Made by a program: the position numbers and the translations under genes | Virus record (IMG/VR): IMGVR_UViG_3300026488_000012 | Location: 32,001-96,000 of that record | DNA from: a virus | DNA: 64,000 nucleotides | Strand: one strand, 5' to 3' | Part shown: one piece after another, positions 1 to 10,377 of the stretch | How the letters are laid out: every line of letters starts with the position of its first letter | How positions within the stretch are numbered: position 1 is the stretch's first letter | Notes under the pieces: model-generated | Seen by the model: only the letters and a program-made list of their open reading frames with translations | What the model was told of the DNA's origin: nothing | Database searches by the model: none

Positions 1-729
1 CCTGAGACAAGATGGAAAATAAAATTCTTAGAGAATTTTGAAAAGAACTTTGGAAGAGCACCAAGATCTAGAAAAGAATTAGAAGAATACGCCGCTAGAT
101 TAGAATATATCGGCATTGATAACGAAATCGTTGAAATCTGTGCCAAATATAATTTAGACCAGGATGAAGCTGAAGATTATGATAAATTCTTCAGAAGAAA
201 TCCTGGTAAAAAATACGAATCGCTCCCATACGTATGCGTAGAGTATAGAGGTTATACATTAGAAAAGATGAACGCGTACGACAAGGAGGGTCCATTCCTA
301 GGTCTAGCGACCGCGTGTTGTCAGCATCTTCATAACTCTGGTGCAGATTGTGCTAAAGCAGGATGGAAAAGTCCCGTTAGTGCTTTTTACGTAATCAGAA
401 ATAAAGAGGGTAGAATAGTTGGACAATCTTGGGCGTGGAGATCATCCTGCGGTAAGTACATAGTATTTGATAGCGTGGAGGGTAGATCATTTGTCCCTGT
501 TGAAATAATAGCCGAACTAATCAGACTAGCAGCTAAAACTATATCGTCCCAGTATAGTCTAGGTGTACAAGAACTATTAATAGGCGACACTAACTATGGG
601 TTAACTAAGGCTCTACATAAATACTTTGGTTACCCAGAAGTTGATGAAATAGCTGAAACACCAGATTCTCTAAGCTGGGTAGACTACTGGGACGGAGATG
701 AAGGACAATGGAGAGTACCGATAAATTAA
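1..729 (+). CDS. 5'-truncated hypothetical protein with a Cys-containing C-terminal domain (possibly PcfJ/GNAT-like)
   Basis: Frame 1 is open from base 1 (PETRWKIKF...) into the 268..729 ORF, so the real start lies before the window. Motif FLGLATACCQHLHNSGADCAKAGW...FYVIRNKEGRIVGQSWAW. The fold assignment is from memory only. Confidence 0.6.
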   Translation, partial: PETRWKIKFLENFEKNFGRAPRSRKELEEYAARLEYIGIDNEIVEICAKYNLDQDEAEDYDKFFRRNPGKKYESLPYVCVEYRGYTLEKMNAYDKEGPFLGLATACCQHLHNSGADCAKAGWKSPVSAFYVIRNKEGRIVGQSWAWRSSCGKYIVFDSVEGRSFVPVEIIAELIRLAAKTISSQYSLGVQELLIGDTNYGLTKALHKYFGYPEVDEIAETPDSLSWVDYWDGDEGQWRVPIN

Positions 730-755
730 TAAAGGTACCTCCTTGTCTTTTTTTT
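704..755 (+). terminator. Rho-independent terminator
   Basis: gacaa(t)ggag(a)gtacc / ggtacctccttgtc followed by T8. Confidence 0.65.
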
Positions 756-805
756 CTTCTAAAGAAAATCATCGCTTGATTTAATTTAAATAAAAAGGAC
801 AACCT

Positions 806-2443
806 ATGGATAAAAACATAAATAAGTATGTATTCAGTAATAAAGTACCTTTTAACTTAGAAATACTAAAAGTAACAAAGGATACTATAAAACTACTCGG
901 AGAAGTTAAATCTATAGATATATTCCAAGCCAGCTCTAATGAATTTAACCCTGAGGGATTATTCTCTACAGAGATATTTGGTAAAGTAGGTTCATCAGAG
1001 AGAAATGAAAAATTCGGGTATATAGATTTAGGTTTAACAACCCTACATCCACTTATCTATGAAACTATTATATCTTTAAAACAGTTCTATAAACAAATTA
1101 TAGAGGGTAAAGCATATGCTAAATTCGATCCTAAATTAAAAGACTTTGTAGAAGCTTCTATAGACGATGGTGAAACTGGTTTTAATTTCTTTATTAAATA
1201 TTACGATAGTTTACAACCAGAAAAAACTAATAGTAAAGAAAGAGAAAACAAGATAAAACTAATTAAAAAGTATATGTTAACAGATGTAGTAACTGATAAA
1301 TGGTTAGTACTACCAGCTGGGTTGAGGGATTATATAGTTAAAGATGGTAAACCTATGGAGAATGAAATAAACAATTATTATAGAGAAATAATAAAAGTAT
1401 CCAAGACAGCCAAGATACTAGCTAAATCAATTACTGATAAAAGCGACCCTATTCTGAACATAGTGATACTTAAATTAATTAGATCAGTAACCAGTCTATA
1501 TGATTATATATTAGGAATACTAGAAGGTAAACAGGGATTTCTACAGGGTAAATGGGCTAAGAGAGCTTTAGCATATGGAACAAGAAACGTTATTACTTCT
1601 ATCCCTCTAGAAACTAAACACGCAGATGAACCAGTCTTATCTTTTAACGAAACTATGATAGGATTATATCAGTTTGTTAAAGGATTAGGAACTAAAGCGT
1701 TATATGAACTAAAAACAAAACTATTAGATAATGTATTTTCAGAAACATCCACTGATGTTTTCTTAATAAATCCTAAGACTTTAAAATTAGAACAAATCCC
1801 TCTATCTGATAAAGAAAGAAAAACTTGGCTAAGTCCTGAGGGGTTAGAAGAATTAACAAATAAATTACACCTTGACAGTATTAAGTTGTCTCCAGTAACA
1901 ATCGAAAAGAAATATTATTTATATTTAGTCGTTGATACTGGAGATACCATAGAACTATATAGGGATATTACTGAAGTACCTGAAGATAAAAGACCGTACG
2001 TTAGACCTATCAACTATGCAGAGCTTTTCTTCTTAGCAGTAAATGACGTGGTCAAAGACGCATATGCTACTGTTACAAGATATCCTATAGATAGTTATGG
2101 TAGTATTTATTTTAGTAGATTAAAGTTAAAGGTAACTGTAAAAGATAGAAAAGTAAAATTTAAACCTTATAATGGATTAGAATACATTACTATAAATAAC
2201 TACCCTCGTTTTGATTCAGAATTTTATAACTCTATGTCAGTACACGTTACTAAGTTACCTGGACTTGGTGGAGACTATGATGGAGATATGACTAACCTTA
2301 ATATAATACTTACTGAAGAAGCTAAAAAAGAAGTAGAAGAAATATTAGGAAAAAGAGAATATTACATAGACGTAAACGGTAGCTTAGCATTCCCTGTAAG
2401 TAATTTAATAACGGATATAACGTTGAAAACATTAACAGAATAA
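806..2443 (+). CDS. rpoC: Virion RNA polymerase beta' subunit, N-terminal part carrying the catalytic motif (phiKZ gp180-like)
   Basis: N-terminal GLFSTEIFG motif, GFLQGKWAKRALAYGTRNVIT, RYP, and catalytic LGGDYDGD (DxDGD). Lies just upstream of a 1451-aa beta subunit, as in phiKZ-like phages. SD aaagga. Confidence 0.93.
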   Translation: MDKNINKYVFSNKVPFNLEILKVTKDTIKLLGEVKSIDIFQASSNEFNPEGLFSTEIFGKVGSSERNEKFGYIDLGLTTLHPLIYETIISLKQFYKQIIEGKAYAKFDPKLKDFVEASIDDGETGFNFFIKYYDSLQPEKTNSKERENKIKLIKKYMLTDVVTDKWLVLPAGLRDYIVKDGKPMENEINNYYREIIKVSKTAKILAKSITDKSDPILNIVILKLIRSVTSLYDYILGILEGKQGFLQGKWAKRALAYGTRNVITSIPLETKHADEPVLSFNETMIGLYQFVKGLGTKALYELKTKLLDNVFSETSTDVFLINPKTLKLEQIPLSDKERKTWLSPEGLEELTNKLHLDSIKLSPVTIEKKYYLYLVVDTGDTIELYRDITEVPEDKRPYVRPINYAELFFLAVNDVVKDAYATVTRYPIDSYGSIYFSRLKLKVTVKDRKVKFKPYNGLEYITINNYPRFDSEFYNSMSVHVTKLPGLGGDYDGDMTNLNIILTEEAKKEVEEILGKREYYIDVNGSLAFPVSNLITDITLKTLTE

Positions 2444-2534
2444 TCTTATTAGAAGGAATAAACACGACACGGATAAGATAAGAAATCTTAGATATCTTAA
2501 ATATGATTCAGACGGAATAGATACTGAATTCATT

Positions 2535-2559
2535 TTACCGTAGGATAGTCCTACGGTAA
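2535..2559 (+). terminator. Terminator hairpin
   Basis: ttaccgtagg / cctacggtaa, then an AT-rich tract. Confidence 0.65.
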
Positions 2560-2572
2560 GGTATATTTATTT

Positions 2573-2606
2573 TTAACATTTATCGGTTACTTATTACTAA
2601 ATTGCG
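2573..2606 (+). promoter_or_regulatory. Putative early (vRNAP) promoter
   Basis: ttaac-N12-cttattactaaattgc; matches the consensus YYAAG-N12-TATMTTACTAAAWTGCAA. Confidence 0.65.
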
Positions 2607-2632
2607 AAAAACCATTATGAAAGGAGCTAAAT

Positions 2633-3169
2633 ATGAAAAGAAAAGAACTAATCAGTATTAACAAACTAGAAGATAATGTTAGAAGAACATGTAAATTAAG
2701 AATCAAAGACTTAGAGAGATATAAAACAAAGTTACAGATAAAGGTTAATCGTCTTATACACGAGTACTCTGATTACGTAAACAGAGTGATAAAAGACATC
2801 AACTTTGATTATGATTTTTATAAAGGTTTACCTAAAACCGGTGATGCAATTTCCGTAGAAAAATGGATACAGTCTATATCAGATTTACAAGCCTTAATTA
2901 ATAAATATAACGTATTAAGAGGTGTAAGAATAGGTAGCGACGATGAACAATACTACGATGAAACACCAGCTGAGATAGCGGGAGCGCTAACAGGACTAAT
3001 GAATGCCTTGTACTGGGATCTAATGGTATATGCTTCACTAGAGCAGGACCAAGAATACCATAGGAACATATTAGTGGATGGTGGCGAATCTGTGAAAAAA
3101 GTAAAAAATGATCTCAGTATAGTATTGAACAAGTATTTTAAAAATGCTAAAGCCACAGAGACTCCTTAA
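2633..3169 (+). CDS. Hypothetical protein in a self-contained promoter/terminator cassette
   Basis: 178-aa ORF with SD aaggag, early-promoter motif at 2590 and hairpins at 2535 and 3155. Confidence 0.8.
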   Translation: MKRKELISINKLEDNVRRTCKLRIKDLERYKTKLQIKVNRLIHEYSDYVNRVIKDINFDYDFYKGLPKTGDAISVEKWIQSISDLQALINKYNVLRGVRIGSDDEQYYDETPAEIAGALTGLMNALYWDLMVYASLEQDQEYHRNILVDGGESVKKVKNDLSIVLNKYFKNAKATETP

Positions 3170-3200
3170 CGTAGGAGTCTCTGTATTTTTTTTTTCTTTT
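3155..3200 (+). terminator. Rho-independent terminator
   Basis: acagagactcct / aggagtctctgt followed by a long T run. Confidence 0.8.
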
Positions 3201-3211
3201 AATACCCGTCA

Positions 3212-3223
3212 ATCGCTTGAAAT
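3212..3223 (+). promoter_or_regulatory. Putative late promoter element (ATCGCTTGAAAT)
   Basis: ATCGCTTGA also occurs at 771-779 before beta'. GCTTGAAATT/TTTGAAATT occurs on the minus strand at 26114-26123 and 19297-19307, each 20-35 nt before a virion gene. Confidence 0.4.
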
Positions 3224-3244
3224 CATCTTCTATAAGGAGTAAAT

Positions 3245-6200
3245 ATGAATACTTTGTTACTGAGAGATATAGTTAAGTTTAGTAAATACTTAACTAATTA
3301 TAAAGCTACCTATTTATTAAAACCAAGAGTTTTTGCTAAAACTGATTTCGTTTATCCTTGGTATAGTATATTAATCTATGACAGAGACAGAGATAATATC
3401 ATACCTAGCCCAAAGATACCTATTTTACACAACGTGGATGATTCTATTGTATTTAATATGTTAGACCTGATAGATGATAGTATTATATTTGGGGATGAAT
3501 GTAAATTAATAACAACTAATCCAACCGCCATAATTAAAAAGCATATGAAAAAGACTGATACTCCATATACCATATACATACCAGGAAAACCTGTAAGATG
3601 GAAAGAACATCTGGCAAGGAAATACCCTCTTATAGTAAGCTATAACCTATTTACAGAAGCACATAGGTGTAAAGAGTTATTAGTATCGGAAATGAAGAAA
3701 ACAATAGACAAATTTTATACTAAGATTAATCTACTATACAAAATAGATAAAGATAAAAAGTACCTTAACAGCATAGATGATAAAACTATGGACGGTCTAT
3801 TAAAAGTTAAAAAGAATACTTATAAGAAAGGCGTCAATGCGTTCTTTATGTATTTTAAGATACCTGGTTATTTACTACCATTTCCAGTATACTTAAGATA
3901 TGCTGAAAAAGAACTCGACACAGGTCTTTTGAAATACTTAACTAGTCAGGAAAGAATGGAATTATATCTACTGTTTAAAATCATATACGAAGCAGGTAGA
4001 AATAACATATATGACATATTTAACTACATAGGTTTAGATACATTAGAGAAAACATTTCTTATATTAGAGGTTGATAACAAGATAACAATTACTCCATTGT
4101 ATTTCATACTGTCTCTTATAAAAGAACTAGAAATAGAACCATACCTAGGGATCAAAACTAATAAGTACAAACGTGAGCTTGTTCTTAAACTATTTTATAA
4201 ACATCTACTCTCTATAATAGAATCACCAACTTACACATTTACAGAAATAAGCGAAAACATAAATATAGCAGCTGGATTTGATAACGATAAAGGTATTTTA
4301 GATAAATTAATAAAAGGAGTTGAGTCTGGTGAAATAGATATAAACGAAAAAGAATTAGAAAAAGAGTTAGAGAACTTAGAAAACGAAGATATCGAGGACA
4401 TAACAGAAAACTTAGAAGAGACGCTTGATGTTGATCCAGAATCAGGAGACATATTAGAAGAATTAGAGGATGAGATATCAGATATATATAAACCAGATAG
4501 AAAAGACAGTGATTTAAATAAAGACTTATCGGATATAGAAAAAGGCATAGAGAAGATAAAACATAAAAACATTAAGAAGAAGACTAAGAAAGCAAAAGAT
4601 GAGTTAGAAAAACTCAAAAATATGACCATAGAGATAGATGATAAAAAAATCAAACTTAAAGACTTATTAAAAATAGAGAAAGATGAAGTAATACTTAAGG
4701 AAGACGAAATAACGTTACCGGATTCATCGGTTGTATTTGAAAAAGAGTATTTAAAAGACCCTATTAATAATTTCGATAAAAAGTATATTAAGAACTTATA
4801 TCATAAAGACATCCTTAGAAGTATAGTTTCACTAGCTAGAGCTGGTTTTATTCCTAAGAAGATAGAAGTAATAAAAGAACTGGAAGATAGCGTTTTAGGA
4901 GAGGCTGAAACTTATCAAATAGAATATATAGATTTGGTAGGTAAAACACATAAAGTAAAAATAAGGATACCTAAAATAAAAGAAGACGGAACATATAAAA
5001 TATCCGGTAATACATACATACTTAGAAAACAACGAAGCGATGTACCTATTAAAAAGACTAGCTGGAACAGAGTAATCTTATCATCCGGATATGGTAAAAT
5101 ATTCATAGATAAAGCACCTATGAAAAAATATGACGCTGGTTATGTATTAAGGAAAAAATTAGTTAAAATGTCTGAAGAGGGTAAAATCAAAAACTTAGTA
5201 GCTGGTTTTGGATTAACAGACTCAGTAGACTTCCCTATAGAGTATAGTTTAATAGCCAGATATAATAAATCATTTACTTATGGTAGTTATAATTTTATCT
5301 TTGATTATGACAACAGAAAATCTATCTTTATAAAACTTGGATATACAGAGGAGGAATTAGAAAAATATGAAAAAGATAATAAAATATTTGTAGGACACAA
5401 AGGAAAGACTCCTATTTTCATAGATACTAATAACCAGCTTTACGAACTACACAATAAGAAACTTAAACCACTTAATAAAACACTATTTCAATTATTGTCT
5501 ATTGAAATCAAGGACTTAAAAGTAGAATACCCTATGGTTAAGATATATAAAAAATATATACCTGTAGCTTTTCTATTGTTGTATTACTTAAATCTCAAAG
5601 GTCTTGAGAAAGCATTAGGTGTTAAGATAAAAATAAGTGATAAAGCTATGAAAGAAGAAAATATCTACAATTTAAGATTAGCGGATAAGGTTATAAATAT
5701 AAGATATACTAACGAACTACAGAGAAACATACTTCACGGGTTTGACGAATTTAAGAAAGAATTAAAAAACATACCTTTAGAAACATTGTTAGATAATACG
5801 TCTTTTATAGCGTTCTTATACGATTTAGGTTACCCTATTAACGTAATTACACAGATTAAATTACTAGGTTCGCTATTCGTAGACCCAGTAACTGCTAATA
5901 TATTAGAGGATATGAATGAACCTACTACCTTTACAGGATTATTAATAAGAGCTAGTGAAATGTTATTAAACGATAATTATCAACATCCATCATCTTTAAA
6001 AGGATATTTAATTAGAGGCTATGATAGGATACCTATGCTAATATATAAGAACTTGATATCTGGTGTTACGAATAAAACTAACGAAGATAACTTCTCAACT
6101 GGTACATTTGCAGTAGACCCGTACACTGTTTGGAAAACACTAAACGAAGATAGCGCTAGTGTATTACTAGACGATACTAATCCTGTTATATTTGTTAAAC

Positions 6201-7600
6201 AGAAGGAAGATACAACTTACCTAGGAGAAGGTGGGAGAAAGAAAGAATCTATGAGTAAAGATACCAGGGTATTTCACCCAGACGACATAGGTGTCATCAG
6301 CGAAGCAGTAAAAGATAGTGGAGATGTAGGTATTACTGCTTATTTATCAGCATCACCGTTATTAAACAGTATAAGGGGTGATAAGAAAGATAAAAAAGAT
6401 TTAAAATATGTTAATATTTTATCAACACCTGCTATGTTAATGCCTTTTACAATAAATGACGACTCAAAGCGTCTTAACTTTATTAATATACAAATGGGTC
6501 ATTTAGTACCTATAGAAGGAAGTATAGTATTTCCAGTAAGGACAGGATACGACGTAGTATTTCCTTATAAACTAAATAGGAAATTTATAGGTTATGCAGA
6601 AGAGGATGGAGTAGTAATTAACATTACTAAAACTGAAGTTACAGTTAAGTATAAATCAGGTAAGAAGGATAAGTTTCCTTTATCAGACTGGTACGCTAAA
6701 GAAGAATCGTTTTCTACTATGAGGATGGAATTAGTTCCTAATGTTAAAAAAGATGATAAGGTTAAAAAAGGTGATATAATAACGTACTGTAAACAATGGT
6801 TCGAACCAGACATGTTCGATCCTAAAAGAGTAGCATTTAAGCAAGGAGTGATAGTTAAGACTGCATTACAAGAAATCATAGAGACATTAGAAGATAGTTG
6901 CGTATTAAGTAAAAAGCTATCAGATAAGTTAAAACTAAGACCTGTTAAAACAAGAAGTATAATACTTAAAAAGACGGATAAGATAATCAATCCTATTTTA
7001 ATAGGAGAAGAAGTCGAACCTAACACACCATTATTCACAATCTTAGGTGAAGTAGAAGGTATCGAAAAAGATGAATTTACAAAAGAAGAACTTGAAGTAT
7101 TACAAAACTTTATAAGAGAAACTCCTAAAGCTAAATATAAAGGAAAAGTAACAGGTATAAAAGTATTCTATAACTGTGAAAAGAAAACAGTTAATAAAAC
7201 TATAAGAAAATTAATAGATATAGCTGAGTCTACAGTAATAGACCCTAGTGAAGGTAAGAAATTCAACGGTAGAGTAGATAGTAGTTACAGTGTAAAAGGT
7301 ATTCCGTTAGAAGAAGACCAAATAGAGATAAAATACTATATAGAAGGCGAAGATATACCTACTACAGGTGATAAGTTTGTATTCGGTAATCAGTTAAAGA
7401 CTACAGTAGGTGAAGTAATGAACTATGAAGTAAAAACAGAGAACGGTGAAGAAATTGAAGCTATATTTAGTTCTAAATCTATAATAGCTAGAATAGTAAC
7501 ATCTTCCACATATATGGGTAGATTAAGCACTATCTTAAGGAAACTAACAAAAGATGCTGTAAATATGTATTTTAACGAAACAAAGAAAGGAGATAAATGA
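3245..7600 (+). CDS. rpoB: Virion RNA polymerase beta subunit, N-terminal part (phiKZ gp178-like)
   Basis: 1451 aa with beta motifs YILRKQR.D.PI.K, EAVKDSGDVG, DDSKRLNFINIQMGH, EDSCVLS and TGDKFVFGNQLK. Size and synteny match phiKZ-like vRNAP. Confidence 0.93.
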   Translation: MNTLLLRDIVKFSKYLTNYKATYLLKPRVFAKTDFVYPWYSILIYDRDRDNIIPSPKIPILHNVDDSIVFNMLDLIDDSIIFGDECKLITTNPTAIIKKHMKKTDTPYTIYIPGKPVRWKEHLARKYPLIVSYNLFTEAHRCKELLVSEMKKTIDKFYTKINLLYKIDKDKKYLNSIDDKTMDGLLKVKKNTYKKGVNAFFMYFKIPGYLLPFPVYLRYAEKELDTGLLKYLTSQERMELYLLFKIIYEAGRNNIYDIFNYIGLDTLEKTFLILEVDNKITITPLYFILSLIKELEIEPYLGIKTNKYKRELVLKLFYKHLLSIIESPTYTFTEISENINIAAGFDNDKGILDKLIKGVESGEIDINEKELEKELENLENEDIEDITENLEETLDVDPESGDILEELEDEISDIYKPDRKDSDLNKDLSDIEKGIEKIKHKNIKKKTKKAKDELEKLKNMTIEIDDKKIKLKDLLKIEKDEVILKEDEITLPDSSVVFEKEYLKDPINNFDKKYIKNLYHKDILRSIVSLARAGFIPKKIEVIKELEDSVLGEAETYQIEYIDLVGKTHKVKIRIPKIKEDGTYKISGNTYILRKQRSDVPIKKTSWNRVILSSGYGKIFIDKAPMKKYDAGYVLRKKLVKMSEEGKIKNLVAGFGLTDSVDFPIEYSLIARYNKSFTYGSYNFIFDYDNRKSIFIKLGYTEEELEKYEKDNKIFVGHKGKTPIFIDTNNQLYELHNKKLKPLNKTLFQLLSIEIKDLKVEYPMVKIYKKYIPVAFLLLYYLNLKGLEKALGVKIKISDKAMKEENIYNLRLADKVINIRYTNELQRNILHGFDEFKKELKNIPLETLLDNTSFIAFLYDLGYPINVITQIKLLGSLFVDPVTANILEDMNEPTTFTGLLIRASEMLLNDNYQHPSSLKGYLIRGYDRIPMLIYKNLISGVTNKTNEDNFSTGTFAVDPYTVWKTLNEDSASVLLDDTNPVIFVKQKEDTTYLGEGGRKKESMSKDTRVFHPDDIGVISEAVKDSGDVGITAYLSASPLLNSIRGDKKDKKDLKYVNILSTPAMLMPFTINDDSKRLNFINIQMGHLVPIEGSIVFPVRTGYDVVFPYKLNRKFIGYAEEDGVVINITKTEVTVKYKSGKKDKFPLSDWYAKEESFSTMRMELVPNVKKDDKVKKGDIITYCKQWFEPDMFDPKRVAFKQGVIVKTALQEIIETLEDSCVLSKKLSDKLKLRPVKTRSIILKKTDKIINPILIGEEVEPNTPLFTILGEVEGIEKDEFTKEELEVLQNFIRETPKAKYKGKVTGIKVFYNCEKKTVNKTIRKLIDIAESTVIDPSEGKKFNGRVDSSYSVKGIPLEEDQIEIKYYIEGEDIPTTGDKFVFGNQLKTTVGEVMNYEVKTENGEEIEAIFSSKSIIARIVTSSTYMGRLSTILRKLTKDAVNMYFNETKKGDK

Positions 7601-7857
7601 TGTATAGTATGTTAGATTTATATGGAGTAACTCTAGAAGAATATCTTAAAAGACAGGATATTCTTCCTCTGCATTTGTATAAGAAAACATTAAAAGACAT
7701 TGAGTTGTTAGAAAGTAATAAAAGAAAGCTTGTAGAAGAAAATAAACATATAGAAAAGACTGACCTTATAGTAGAAATAAACAAGAGGATTGAAATAAAA
7801 AGAAAAAAATTAGGCGATATTAAGAGAATACTTAGGAAAAACGGTGTGAATATATGA
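7597..7857 (+). CDS. Small basic coiled-coil protein, probable head protein
   Basis: 86-aa ORF coupled to the beta stop (ATGA overlap), SD aaaggag. Small head genes occupy this position in phiKZ-like vRNAP operons. Confidence 0.7.
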   Translation: MMYSMLDLYGVTLEEYLKRQDILPLHLYKKTLKDIELLESNKRKLVEENKHIEKTDLIVEINKRIEIKRKKLGDIKRILRKNGVNI

Positions 7858-7898
7858 TAACGGTTAACTTGATGAAATCTTAATATAAAGGATTAAGT

Positions 7899-9530
7899 AT
7901 GGGAGAAGTGTTGAATATAGTAAATATTAACCCTATTAAGAATGCATATAGAGAGAGAAACATTCTCTATAAAAGGTATATTTCAGACATAGTTGAAAGA
8001 TCGTTGAAAAAATCTATCCACGATGATAGATTTAAACATTTGATAACCAGTAATATAGATGTAACTAAATTAGAATCTATGTATTTAGTAACAGCAGAAG
8101 CTATAGTAAATGATAAATTCAGAAGGATAGATGACGACATTAAGAGAGAGTATGGTAATGAAGCACTATATACTATAGAGCCAGTAGACCCTGAATTAAT
8201 ATCCACTGACATAGAAGCTTTAGAGAGAGTTTACTTTAAAGATAGACGCGGTATTAAATTTGATTTAGCAACACTTGTTAAGAAAGAGTTAACAGAACTG
8301 ATAACAGATGTTACGCTTGACCTATTAGAGACTGTTAAGAATAAAGCTAAAAACTTCACAAATGAGTTCTCTAAAAATGTAAGAGAACTTGTATCTAATA
8401 TAGACAATAACGGAAATATAGAAATTAAGACAACCATAATGGGTATATTACAGATAGACGAAGATATCTTAGAGTATGGAGTAGTTAGCAAACGTTATTC
8501 TAATAACTATACATATGATTTTAGTAGGGAAGTTAAAAATATGGACACTACTATATTTAAAGATTTAGATATGTCATATTTTAATCCTGAAAATATAGAT
8601 ATTAATAAATTCGATTTAAACATCGATTCGACAGTTAAAGAGTACTTATCAGATTTAGAGGTTGATGTAATAGAAGATTTTATAGAAGATGTATCATCGT
8701 ACGGGTATACAGACATATATTCGTTAATAAATGAATTAGCTTCACTTGGTGTTATTAAGAAGTTAGAACCTTTAAGATTATTATGGATTTATTTAATACA
8801 AAAAGTTGACGAAGACCCTAGAATAAACTCGGTATTAGGTTTAATAGAATCATACATTAACAGAACAGTAAGCGCTATTAGAAATAATAAAGAACTTTTA
8901 GCTATCAGAAGTAACGAAATTATAAGAGTAGGTAGTATAAGAACGGAACTACCTGCTGAGATTATATTAATAGATAAATCATTAGCTAAGATTACGGAAA
9001 AATATCCAAACGCAATTAAAGCTATCATAGGGGAATTTATAAAGACAGAAGTACATGCGTTAAATATTTCGGATTTAAGCGATGACGAAATAAAAACAAA
9101 TATCTCTTATTACGAAAAATATATGACGTCTTTACGCTATAAAGATTTAGTTAAAAAAGTTAGTGAGTTAAGAGATGCATATATTTTAGGATTGACTAAA
9201 CTTATGAGATCGTTTAATGATTATTTCGGTGATTTAACAGAGAAGTATGGTGAAAATATTTACATTATTAAAAACAACCTATTAGATATTGTTACAGAAT
9301 ACGTAAATGGATTATCTATAGACGAACTACTTAACGTTGAAGAAACTACGTATAAGATAGTTAAAGAGTTTATTTTACCAGATATATTAGCAACAATAGA
9401 ATCTTTTATGAAAGCAGGTGAAGAGAGATTTAAAGATGACGATGATATTCTAATTTTTACATACTTGAACACACTTGTAGAGATAGTATTTAGTTTATTT
9501 ACATTTAGAGTATTGAACAAGATAGACTAA
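7899..9530 (+). CDS. Putative virion (head) structural protein
   Basis: 543-aa helical, acidic ORF lying between vRNAP beta and the following vRNAP subunit (phiKZ gp177 position). Function inferred from synteny only. Confidence 0.55.
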   Translation: MGEVLNIVNINPIKNAYRERNILYKRYISDIVERSLKKSIHDDRFKHLITSNIDVTKLESMYLVTAEAIVNDKFRRIDDDIKREYGNEALYTIEPVDPELISTDIEALERVYFKDRRGIKFDLATLVKKELTELITDVTLDLLETVKNKAKNFTNEFSKNVRELVSNIDNNGNIEIKTTIMGILQIDEDILEYGVVSKRYSNNYTYDFSREVKNMDTTIFKDLDMSYFNPENIDINKFDLNIDSTVKEYLSDLEVDVIEDFIEDVSSYGYTDIYSLINELASLGVIKKLEPLRLLWIYLIQKVDEDPRINSVLGLIESYINRTVSAIRNNKELLAIRSNEIIRVGSIRTELPAEIILIDKSLAKITEKYPNAIKAIIGEFIKTEVHALNISDLSDDEIKTNISYYEKYMTSLRYKDLVKKVSELRDAYILGLTKLMRSFNDYFGDLTEKYGENIYIIKNNLLDIVTEYVNGLSIDELLNVEETTYKIVKEFILPDILATIESFMKAGEERFKDDDDILIFTYLNTLVEIVFSLFTFRVLNKID

Positions 9531-9566
9531 GATGGTAGGGAATTTCCCTACCATCTCTCTTTTTTT
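9530..9566 (+). terminator. Rho-independent terminator
   Basis: agatggtaggga / tccctaccatct plus T run. Confidence 0.8.
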
Positions 9567-9591
9567 ATGAACTAACATCTAAGGAGTTTAT

Positions 9592-10320
9592 ATGGAAACA
9601 TTAGATATAACTAAGTTAAAACGTGATCCAAATTACATAAAAAGTAATCTGATTATGAAAGATGAGTTTACATTAACTAAAAAGGATACATATATAGTCT
9701 TTCCTGAAAAATATGAAAAGAAAGACCTCGCAGAGCTTGGTAACGTTTGTTTAGTAACCGGTGTATTTGCCATCGTAATGGGTGATAGATACGGAGTTAT
9801 GACGATTCCCAACCACATAGAAATAACACCTGTGGAAATAGAGCAAGTTGACATAAATGGAGATGTTTACTATAGGTTATTTATAGAAGCTAATACTGAT
9901 ATATTCAGTAATAACAACATAGTAAAAAAGAGTGACAGAGTATATAATCTGTTAGACCTATTTTTAATGCAAGGTAAAGTTCCTTGGTATATAGAATATG
10001 AAGATTTAGTAAAAGTATTTACTAACGTTGGTAAATATACAGGATTAACAGCTACTGATAAACTATTACCTGTGGAAACTATTATATCTATTATTTCTAA
10101 ATATAAAAAAGACTTAACTAAAGACTATAGACTTGTCATCAATAAACCACAAGATTTAAAAACTAAGCCTGTTGAATACGTAGGGTTAATGGACGTGTAT
10201 TATACGTATAAATCAACTGTTAGTAAACTTCTTGGTAACTTCTTTAAGAAAGCAATAGACAGTACCATACTGTATCCTGAAAAAGAGGTAACCGATATAG
10301 AGAACGTCTTAAGGGAGTAA
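9592..10320 (+). CDS. Probable virion RNA polymerase beta' C-terminal subunit (phiKZ gp176-like)
   Basis: 242 aa with LKRDPNYIK, GKVPWYIEYEDL and STVSKLLGNFF motifs recalled from this family, at the expected syntenic position. Confidence 0.72.
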   Translation: METLDITKLKRDPNYIKSNLIMKDEFTLTKKDTYIVFPEKYEKKDLAELGNVCLVTGVFAIVMGDRYGVMTIPNHIEITPVEIEQVDINGDVYYRLFIEANTDIFSNNNIVKKSDRVYNLLDLFLMQGKVPWYIEYEDLVKVFTNVGKYTGLTATDKLLPVETIISIISKYKKDLTKDYRLVINKPQDLKTKPVEYVGLMDVYYTYKSTVSKLLGNFFKKAIDSTILYPEKEVTDIENVLRE

Positions 10321-10340
10321 ATCCCTTAAGACTATATTTT
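10306..10340 (+). terminator. Terminator hairpin
   Basis: gtcttaaggga / tcccttaagac. Confidence 0.7.
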
Positions 10341-10377
10341 TGATTTTGATGAACTTAATATAACAAGGAGCTTAAAG

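Noticed and set aside
806-7600. Introns or inteins in RNAP, terminase, helicase or DNA polymerase genes (common in related phages)
   Set aside because: All are uninterrupted ORFs of expected size, with no C/S...HN intein ends or LAGLIDADG/HNH inserts.
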